From: Acanthaster planci
Taxonomy: Eukaryota
Direction of reading: 5' to 3'
Length of the DNA stretch: 64,000 nt
NCBI RefSeq assembly: GCF_001949145.1
Contig: NW_019091357.1
Coordinates: 2,276,114-2,340,113 of the forward strand
The notes under the pieces are model-generated. The model searched no databases. It was not told where the DNA came from and worked only from the letters and a program-made list of their open reading frames with translations. How positions within the stretch are numbered: position 1 is the first letter of the stretch; each line of letters starts with the position of its first letter. This document shows, in pieces, positions 54,376 through 64,000 of this stretch. Made by a program: the position numbers and the translations under genes.

Positions 54376-55699
54376 CGGGGCTACAGTTGAAGAGATCGAG
54401 TCAGATGTTGTGATATGACACACACACCCCCTCGCGCTGTCTGTCGGCGCTTCCTAACCTCCCAAACCAGACGGGTGCAAGACTGTCGGAACATTAAGTC
54501 CAATATCGGAACCGGGCTGTGTTATCTAATTAGGACTTCGGGATCGACCAAATTAACGAGAATTTTGTCCGAGACTGACCGGCCTACTTTGGCGTGTAGT
54601 GCCGGGTCGAAACAGGTCTTTTGCGGGGGTGAGGTATTTTGCCCCAAAGATCCAGAGGAGCGCACAGTTTTGTGTTAGAATGGTAGAGTATAAGCAAAAC
54701 TAAAGTAGAAGCAAATCCCAGTTCAATATTGGGACGAAAAGTATAAATGGAGTTCCGTTTTTGTTTAGCTCGCAATTTTGACATACGGTGTTGGCGGCTC
54801 CACTGTTTTCTTCGTAAGAAACGTTCTTTATAATATACGATCGCCCATTATTGACTCGTAACAGTTCTTGAAGACTATAGATGCAAAACTGAAGCTTGGA
54901 CTATAGCACTAAAATCTTTTAACAAATCAATTTTGACGGTTTGATACGAGCATTTCTCGACCCGATTTTCGAAGAGATTGGGGTGTGAAGTTCAATGGTG
55001 ACACCGGACACTGCAATATTGAGAAACACGATGATTCCCTTGCATTCCTGCAATGTGGCCTCTTAGCATTTAGCGATGAACCAAGAAGGCGTTTGTGTGC
55101 GACACTGAGAGTCAAAATGGCGTCATTGCGACTACGTCATCATTACATCAGCCACCAACACCTCCCCATACTCCTAATCCTCCTCATGACAATCCTCCTC
55201 ATCATCGTCCAACACCTTCTTTTCTGGTCCGTCAACTCCGTGGTCATTTTCTGGGCCTTTTTGTGTATTTAACGTGTGTGGTCTGCAGGACGCGTGAACA
55301 CTTGGTAGGAACACCTCCACGATAGCATGGTGGTGGCGAACGCTTGACAAGCGTCAAGGCCGAAGTGTGGTGTGTATTAGTCACGCATGCTTTCCGCCAA
55401 CGCACACGTATACAACCACACTTCCCTCCGTTACAAGTCATCGCCGATATAAATCAATCGACAAGTATTTTCAGCGAGAAAAATGGTGAGATTCCGTCTT
55501 CCAACCTCCTCCCCAGGTTTAGCCCTCGGTCTCAACTTCGTGCCATTAGACCTCCGTTTACTGCCCATTTGTCAACAGTACTGTATCACAGTTTTTGTGT
55601 TTTCCTTTCCTAAACAGTGTAACCCTTGAAATGATCCTCTGAACGGGAATGTAACTGTAGTCTGTACTGTCATGATCAAGCATTGAATTTGAAGGAGTA

Positions 55700-56044
55700 C
55701 AGCCTCTCAACCCGGGTTGAACTCAACCCTGGGCGAACCCATGACCGTCCTGGGTTGAAATTGAGATTTTTCAACCTCACGTTCAACCCGTTGTTATTTC
55801 ACACTTGTTTCTTGCGAACCGAGCCAATCGAGGTGAGTTCAACCCAGAAATGAGCGCGAAAAAATTTCCGACCCGGGTTGGACATTCTCAACCCTGGTCA
55901 GGAGCAGGGTTCAGTTCAACCTGGGTTGAAAGCAATCTCGGCGTTGACGCAGGGTTGGTGCGGGTTTGAAAATTGTCAGGGTGTTAATCGTCGCCAGTTT
56001 TCAACCCTGTGTCAACTCCGAGATTTATCTGGTGTAAAAAGGCC
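55700..56044. mobile_element. Decayed element made of TCAACCC/GGGTTGA repeats (possibly PIF/Harbinger-type MITE)
   Basis: More than ten TCAACCC/GGGTTGA-like units in both orientations, including the palindrome TCAACCCGGGTTGA; right end GGTGTAAAAAGGCC. Confidence 0.5.
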
Positions 56045-59000
56045 TTCATGTGCATGCGCAATGCGAACTATCTGTGAATGTTCAGTTGCCATCATTTGTG
56101 TTGGGCTAGTTTTGGATCATCAGGCTGTCCTCTGTTGATGAGAAAAATCCTGATGGTGCATTCGACGTCCATTTCCGCCACGTCAGCTATCCCTTATTTG
56201 AATTTCAGAAAGGTTCTCATAGATTTCTGTCTTTCACAGAATGAATGCAAAGTGCAGCCCTGTATTTTTATATTTAGCAACACTTTCCTCTTCTAATAAA
56301 TCTGTTATGGACGATATTCCTAAGTTATAGTTACATTGCTCGAAATCATTCCAATCCAGAAAACAGTTTCAGCTGAGCGGGGTCGGTTTTGCATGGGTTT
56401 GGGGGCCTTGCGCGCATGCACCCTGCTCAAGTTACTCCTGGAATTGACTTCACTTGCTTCATCCTGAAGCCCTGATTTGTGGCACCAATTTTGGTGCTAA
56501 AGCCAAGATACAGACAACTGAGAAGCCATCTGTTTAGGTGCATTGTTTTATGAAGATCTGACAAATCAGGAATTGACTAATTGTCCGAGAAGAGGGTTAA
56601 CGGTTTAACAGGTTGGGCCAATCTAATTAGGTCACACATTGGCTGCCAGACATGCCGAGGTCGACTGTTCAGCGATTTAGCCTGACCCCGCGGGTCCGGG
56701 GTCGAGAGTTGAAGGGTCAACACGGTACAGCTGGCTCGTGTTCTTTGCTGGCCTGTGACCGTGAGAGGGGGGACCTGTTGCGTGAGCCACTCTCGCGCTA
56801 ATTAGTCAGCAAAGACGACGGGTTGTTTCTCAGAAGAGGCGTCTGGATAACATTGCTTTGAAGGACACCCGCACGGAGCCAATTTATCTTGTTATCCCGT
56901 GTGATCTACGGCCCTCTTTATGTCCGAATAGCAGGCAAGTGATCTGCTCCATCACCAAGTGTACCTGCCGTTGTTCTCTGTCGTTAAGTAGTTTCCGATC
57001 TCGTCGATTTGAAGGTACGGGATCAGCTGCACGAGCCTTGGACTTTTGGTGCTCATTTCCACAGGGAGAGCTTGACACTGGAGGCGGGCCTTTCAAAATT
57101 CCGAACTAGTACGTTGCGGAGTTATGCAGGTACTCAGCTTCGCAATCCTGGTTACTTTTTTCGCTTTGAAGCTTGATTAACAGAATTAACTTCGGCTCTT
57201 CTCGTCTAAGCCAGTTTTCAATATTATTAGAGAGCAGTATTGAGTTATGCACCCGCAGTGTGTACATGTGCATGCATTTTATTGCTAGTCTCACTGGTAT
57301 GCGGTGTTGGCCTGTTAGATTTGAGTGCTTGGCCGATTACTCAGAAAGTAGCCGTCCCCTCCTTAACATTCAACGTAAAGTGGAGAACACAACCAGCTTG
57401 CTGGACCATAATTACAATCATTATGGCCCTTAAGTTGTCTCCTGCTTGAGTCAATAGTTGTCCCCTTCACGGCCTAATCCTTACAGCTTTGTCCCCCCTT
57501 TCTGTCCCCTCGGAATGCTCCCTGAATACCCCCGCTCAGTTCCCATATTTCTGATGAGGTACACCAGGGGATTTAGCCCAGTCCCCTCCCCGGCCATGGA
57601 CCGCCCACCGAGCCGACAAGAGGCCGGGGTACCTGGGCGATGATAACCTCATCCCTCGCATTACAACTTCGGAACAAAAGACCGACAAGTTCCCCGATCA
57701 ATACCGTCCACTTGTTCGCCTCCACCCCGGCGTAATGTTACTCACTTTGTCCTGCTGGGCTGTCTTTCTTGTGCTCACGAGAGGGGTACCTTCTTTTACC
57801 AGTTTATGCCTAATCTTTCTATCACAGAACCACTTTAGTTGGAGGGAGAGCAAAAGAGGAAAGTTAAACTCTTTCGGGGGGGGAGGTCTTTTTCTCATTT
57901 CTGAAGGCACGACAATTGGATGAAATGGTTGTTGTTACTGCTTCTGAACTCGTGGCTGTCGTTAATGATGCAAATAATTTGATCATACCTTGTCAGAGTC
58001 GAAGTCGTGAAGAGTTTCCTCCGCCGGTTTTGCAAGGAACTCCCAGAGAGAGAGAGAAAAAAAACACCCAAGGAGATAACACACGATAAACACGGTTGAC
58101 TTGCTTATTGGAAGTGCAAATAAACATAACTGAGGCGCGGGTAGGGGTGGCGGTACGCTCCGAAGCCAGTAAAATCTGTTGCACGCTTGCCACGGTCTGG
58201 AAAGTTTGGACGGAAGGGTCAAGACAGACGTTAAAAGCCGCGTGAGCTTTGTCCGCGTGCTGTCTGTTCGACCAGAATAAACACGGCAACTCAAGCCGTA
58301 GCTCGAGAAACACTGAGAACGGAGCGACGTTTTGAATGAGATTGCAATGAAACATTTCAACTGCACAGTTGTCTGGAATTCTCGACAAAATTCGATGATA
58401 TTCGGCCCACGTTGACGGGAAGATTTAGTTTACAGATTTGTCTGCACATTTACAAAAGTTAAACAGCCCAGTGGGTCTGGACTCAAGGAGGTCTTTTGAT
58501 ACAACTTGTGGTTAGAAACGCACGTTAATGTCGGCCCATACCACATGACCAGCTGTGGAAATGGTTTCCCCACCGACAAGGGTCGATGGGGTGTCTCACT
58601 GTAGAATACGGGCCGTTCATCGCCGTACACCAACTGGGCACCGCTTGCGTCGTCATGCATGGACCCGGGGTGTCGCCACGCCATGGACAGATCACAGATT
58701 CAGGGCCTGTGCACCTCCCGCTAGACGACCTACTGAACAAATCTCTTCCATTTGTCGGTTGCGCTGACAAGTTTATTGCCAATTTGCTGAGGCGTTTTTT
58801 CTGCCAAAGGAAAAAAAAGAGAAAGAGAGAGATAGAGAACCACTTGGGAACAATTCGGCTTCAGTTTGGGCTAGAGGTGTTCGAAGATGGGCCGGTAATT
58901 TATGATCTGTCAAACGAGACAGATTACTGGTTGTTTGGAGACACAGCAGGAGCACACCAAATCTGTGCTGGGAAACCCAAGCCTTTTGTGTCTAGGAACG

Positions 59001-61735
59001 GAATATTCTCACCTCGGGAAAGGGGGTGAATATGAGCAAATAACTAATGGACAATAATGCAATTATACTTTATATTCAGAAAAACGATTCTCAACCTATC
59101 TCAAGTTCCAACTCTCAGTACTTTCGAACCACAGTCAGAATGCAGCTGGGGGAAAATACAGACGGCAACTTTCACGAAATGCAAACAAGTGCCCCCAGGT
59201 CTTCTCATAATTTGCAAAAGGTAACTTTTTTGTGGTCATTTCTGGGTTTTCTGGAGAAGATAGAAAAAATACCTTTCGGATACTTTTTATCATGTAGGGT
59301 AAGTTCATGTACACGTACAACCGTAAGGCTTTTACTCCAGCCTAACGCGCGTAGCACATCGCTTCTCGATCGGCTGGATGATGCGATATCGTCTGCTTCC
59401 CGGAATGTGCCGGTCGCACGATCCGAAATTCCCTCCTCTCTCAGTTACATACCAGGTCTCCGTGAGGTCCGCTAGGCGGGGGACCGGGCGCTCCTTCACC
59501 CTTCATTAGCTCCGCGTCTGCCGGCCGGGTCGACTTAATCACGGTGTTATCTAATAGTTAATTCCAGCCCTTGGCTCGGTCAGGTCCACAAAACAAGCGA
59601 GAAAAAACAAACCGGTGCTCTACCGGTCCCGTAATTAGGACCAGGGCCCTGGATTGTTATTCTTGATGTTATCTGGTTGGGATCAAATGTCTCTGCTCGC
59701 CAGGGGAGTAAACATCGAAGGAAACCAACTGATTAAGTAATTAAACAATGAATAACCATATCGATTAATTTTTATTTAACATATCAAATGTCAGGACCAG
59801 CTGCGGGATTTCGATGTCTGTCAATTGTTTTTTCCCGTCACTGCGACGCAGTTTTCATTCACTTTTCTCTTGTAAACTGCTATTTGATAAAATTAAGCAA
59901 GGCTGAATAATAAGTTGTATTTTCGAAGTGCGCCGGCGCAAACCGACGGACACATGTCGGACTATGAAACTGTGGGTCAGTTACTTCAATAAACCTGCCT
60001 TTTGGTCCATCACACTTGTCATTTTTCCCCGGAAAGAAGTGAGTCACAATTAAGAGAGTGACGTCAGCGATCATCGCTGCTGATTTTTATCACAAGTTTA
60101 GCGCCCTCAGCGTTTTCATTTTGCAGTCACTCTGAGTCACGACTCGTATAATATTATGCCTGATGACTGAAATCCTTTTTACCCGTGTTTATCGTAAGAG
60201 CAAGGAAGAGATGAATTTTTTTTAAAATAATGATATCCAAGCTTAATGATTACACCGCACATAGCTTCTGTCAAAGGCATATACTCAAAGTTTACGATGG
60301 AAAACAGAGACAGAAGAGACTATTGTTGGACAAGCAAGAACGAATATTCCTGCCGGGAGAACCCTGAACCATGTTGAGACAAACTCAACTGTATATTTTC
60401 GGCTTTAAAGTTAAAGGGAAATCAGAGTTTGTGCGCGAGTTCAACCATCAAGAAATGGCTTTCTGTCATTGTTTTTGCATATACATGAAAATGATGTGAT
60501 AACGTGCCCGAGTTCGTGCGCTTCGGGTTTACTCTGATCTGTGTTCGTTCATCACAAACCGAGATGAACGTACCAAAAGTAAATGAAGTAAACCAAACTA
60601 AGGCTATGTTTAAACAAAGTGGGGGTATTTGCTTCCGTTTTATTTAAAAATAATCACGACTTCTTTCTGGCAGTTACCCACAGTGCAGTATTCGAAGGTC
60701 GATGGTCAAAAGCCCAATTCCTTTAAAAAGTCTCGAGGACTTTCTTGTATTCGGTTATAGCATTATAGAGTCCACGGTGTAAGTTGTGGTCTCACCGATT
60801 TCGCAAGTAAATGAGAACAAGGTATCAAACCTGAGCCGAACGGAGATCCGGGGGAACGATCAGCCCCCACGTCTCCTCCCATCTCCTGAATATGCAAGAA
60901 CAGCCCAAACTGGCAGTTCATTGATTCGCCAGTGAGTGCCCCGACATATGACAGCCGGCGCGCATAATTACACACACATGGCTGCATAACACTGCCCCGA
61001 TAGGCAAAAACCCACCAATCGCCGCCTCCGACTGATTTGGAAATGATGTACTGCGTACGACACTCACTTAATTAAAATGTGTCTGTAGCGTCATTCATGC
61101 TCGGTTTGCCTGGGAGTGCCACCGGCACACACTACTGTGTGTTAGAGAGTGGGCTGGACTTTCGCGTGAGTAAACGAGGGGACCTTGCTCTGTCCGCCTG
61201 CAGTTACGGCCAAGCATAACACGACCGGCATGCACAACACTCTATAGTGTCAACCACACTACACGGTCGACTCCACATTGTTACGCGTCTACAACACAAA
61301 AGGACCAGGATTCAACTCTCGAGTGTTCCCGAGGTGCCAGGGGTTTTTTTCTCTCCTTTTTTGTCTTCTTGTTCATCTCTGGTTGACCTGCTGCCCGGAG
61401 GCTGATCACCGTACTTTACACCTTAGCACCCCGTCTGCTCTGCCTCGTTGGTACCGGTGCAAGAGGGCCAGAGCCCCCACGCCCGGCGCTCCTCGCAACA
61501 CGCACACGCGGGGTGCACCCGGGTGCTGGACACCCGGCTCCTCTTCGTTTGGAATTCCTTCATTTTTTTTTTAGGTTTCAGCTCTGTCGCCTCGAATTAA
61601 TGAGCAGGACGGTGTGGAGTGTGTTGACCTAGTGTCGCAGTGACTGCTAACCGCCGGCGTGGTCCACAGAAACTGGAGGAGTATAGTCCGGAGCCTACAC
61701 TCAAGAGCGACAAACGTCGCTGTCGTGCATTCTAA

Positions 61736-61744
61736 ATGGCGCAG
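61736..61744 (+). CDS. Possible proximal alternative first coding exon end (Met-Ala-Gln)
   Basis: ATG GCG CAG|GTGAGA is a strong phase-0 donor about 1 kb upstream of exon 2, at the end of a GC-rich region with CCAAT near 61015. Confidence 0.4.
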
Positions 61745-62711
61745 GTGAGAGAAATGACAGGTTAGGCTGTTATCTATTACCGTGCGGACCGCTGTAGGCT
61801 TGACAGGCACGTACGGGGGAATGTGTCGGGGAAGGCGGCGCACACTGGTTGTGTCTCCCCGCTGGGATTGCCCCGTGGATGGGTCGCTCGTCTTCCGACC
61901 CCCATTCAGAATGAAGACAGCAGTTCTGGGGAGGTTTTTTTTTCCCTTCCGCTCATCTTCTTTGGAGCTTTGGGCTCGGCTGGCCGAGCTCGAGCGCACG
62001 TCACATGCAGCCAGAGGCGATGTGTCTATACGCGGCTACTGCATTCCGAAAACGTCTACAACATCATTATTATGTACCGTGACTCCCTGGAATTTTGCCA
62101 TAAAACCATGATAAACTAGTTTGTTTGAGCCTAACAGCTGTGCACCTCGGAGACGGAACGAGTTTTCAATTTCCCTCTAAACCCCGATGTTATAATTGTG
62201 TAATTTGTGCATGTTGTGGTCGACGATTGCAACGGTCGTGGATTCAACAAGTCGTCTGATAATGTCAGAAGAAATTCCTGTCCATGTTCGGAGTGATCGG
62301 CCCCTATGTGTTTGAACCGATTCGGTGTCAAATCACATTCTTTACTGCTGCGTAGTCCTGACTGTGTTTATTTCTCATAACTACCAGGCACCGCCATGAC
62401 CGTGTTGTTTCGGGTTCTTACCAAGCGATTGATGATATGCGCATGTAAAGACAGGGATAGACCGTGAGCCGTGACGGTCGCCCGGTCGCGTTGCCGTAGG
62501 CCTTCTCCGCTCGTGTTTTGTAAACCGCCGTTTAACACCCCTAGCGCAAAACCATACTCCGTGAAATACACAATCTCCCTGTGCCCTTGATTGTCCCCTG
62601 CGTGCGTAATTCTGTTGGTAGCATGTGAGTGTGAATTACAACACTCAGGCAAAGTTCTAATCTATTTCTTTCTCTATTTTCCCCCCACACCCCCTCTCTG
62701 CTGATCCACAG

Positions 62712-63188
62712 GAGCGGTCTGATCTGCTATCCAGCCACCGACCAGGCTTCAGTGCCGCCTCGGTCGGGGCCACATCGTCCTTCTCCCCGGCCACGCGTCT
62801 GTCACACACGCCGACCGCCACGGACTTCCAGCCGCCCTACTTCCCGCCGCCCTACAACATTCCCCAGCCCCAGTCCCAGCTGGATTTTCACCACCCCCAC
62901 GTCAATACGGACCCCTACGCCCACCTCAACCCCATCCACCCGCAGGCCCAGCACCAGTACATGCACCCCCAGCAGCGGTCGCAGCACATGCTGCGCTCGG
63001 GCCGCGACGACACGGACCACTTGAACCTGCACCACCCCGGCATGCAGCTTCCGCCCAGTCGTGACTATTCCGGGGTACGGCGGCCCGATGTCTTGGTCCA
63101 CGGCGGGCCCCACGGACTCGGCCCTGAGCAGACGGACCTCGCAATGTTGCACCATCCTAGTGGATTGCACGGAGTGGACGACACAACG
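62712..63188 (+). CDS. TFAP2: AP-2 (TFAP2) exon 2, proline/glutamine-rich activation region (159 codons)
   Basis: Pyrimidine-rich tract plus CACAG acceptor ending at 62711; donor ACG|GTAAGA at 63189. Translation ERSDLLSSHRPG...RLSHTPTATDFQPPYFPPPYNIP...DPYAHLNP...RDYSGVRRPDVLVHG...HGVDDTT carries the AP-2 PY motif and the RDY..RRPDVL motif seen in TFAP2B. Confidence 0.95.
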
Positions 63189-63469
63189 GTAAGATAACAA
63201 ACATCTCACATTTTCCCCCCTTTCACCTCCATGGCCATCTGTCCACATTATATCTCCAACTCCCCCAGATAACCCCTAGTCTTAAATGAGTAGCAGAGTA
63301 GAATATTTATGGAAATTTACAAGTTCTCACTCAAGACAGAAAGAGTATTGTTAATGATGCACGGAAAAATCAGTAGGCAGTTGAATTGAAGAAGTCGGAA
63401 GGGCCATGTTTTGGGATACGACAAGTAAAGAAAATTGACATTTGCTCCACTATTACTAGCAACCTTCAA

Positions 63470-63590
63470 ATTATCCTTCAATCTGAAGGCATTTTCAGGC
63501 AAAACCATCAAGATTTTCGGGGCTTACATGGATCGAAGTATCTAATGCTAAGGTCGCCCTGGTTGTTACCTCAGGCATGCCTCAAGCAAT
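63470..63590 (+). mobile_element. LINE RT fossil in TFAP2 intron 2
   Basis: LQSEGIFRQNHQDFR (ending 63520) then VTSGMPQ (63565-63585) in another frame. Confidence 0.5.
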
Positions 63591-64000
63591 GTTAATGCTC
63601 ATGTAACAAGCGCGCATGGAACTGACTAACGCGGGCATAATGCGAAGTCCCGGCAAAGCATTCATGTCAAAATTTGAGGTCAAGGGTTGCGATGACCCCA
63701 ATGCTTGCCCCCCCCCCCAATAATCTCAACAATTGTTCTGATGTCTGGAAAAGCAATCACTGACGTGCAACTCTTCGGCAATCGGCAACCGGCCCGTGGC
63801 AGGTATTAATGTATGGATTGCAGGCTACACCTGGCTGATTAATAATTCCCCCCACCTTTGTCTTGGCAGCGAAGGGTCAGAGTTTAAGTCGACGCTCAAA
63901 AATCTAATCCTTGGAGACCACTTATTTCAAGTCATCGCAGATAAGCAGCATGGAGGCATCGGTGTACCATTGGATTGCACTGCAAAAAAAGGGAACATGT

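Larger units (their letters stand above)
9134..62711 (+). other. First coding intron of TFAP2 (53,578 bp)
   Basis: GT at 9134 and AG at 62710-62711, both phase 0; no other convincing coding exon seen between them. Confidence 0.7.

Noticed and set aside
55117..55272. 51-aa hydrophobic small ORF (MASLRL...WAFLCI) with a good Kozak context
   Set aside because: Hydrophobicity arises from a degenerate (TCC/TCA)n trinucleotide tract; no independent gene signals.
55700..56044. CRISPR-like array
   Set aside because: Units are short, in both orientations and irregularly spaced, in eukaryotic intron DNA with no cas genes.
62802..63248. 148-aa minus-strand ORF and the alternative-frame ORFs 62752..63024 and 62926..63144
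   Set aside because: Shadows of the GC-rich TFAP2 exon 2; the 62961..63197 ORF is just the 3' half of that exon.
45..63590. A functional RT-based system (retron, DGR or intact retrotransposon)
   Set aside because: Every RT-like piece is short with degraded motifs; no intact YADD-containing ORF or template/variable repeat pair was seen.

Overview
Eukaryotic (invertebrate-type, bilaterian) genomic DNA; no prokaryotic genes, rRNA/tRNA genes or CRISPR arrays. The window holds the 5' part of one AP-2 (TFAP2) transcription factor gene on the + strand. It has a candidate promoter and 5'UTR exons at about 7.4-9.1 kb, a 15-codon first coding exon (9089-9133, MSDMSFLALDSNSWQ), a ~53.6 kb intron and a 477-bp phase-0 exon 2 (62712-63188) with the FQPPYFPPPY and RDY..VRRPDVL motifs; the rest of the gene lies beyond the window. 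The non-coding DNA alternates between short GC-rich islands and AT-richer spacers. Many spacers read as short, heavily decayed fragments of non-LTR retrotransposon (LINE) reverse transcriptase on both strands: about 20 listed plus about 20 weaker ones, all recognised by eye. There are also several MITEs (including a 511-bp foldback), SINE-like remnants and microsatellites. Apart from one exon 2 fragment (62961..63197), the supplied ORFs are not genes. All family assignments come from remembered motif consensus and need HMM/BLAST confirmation.
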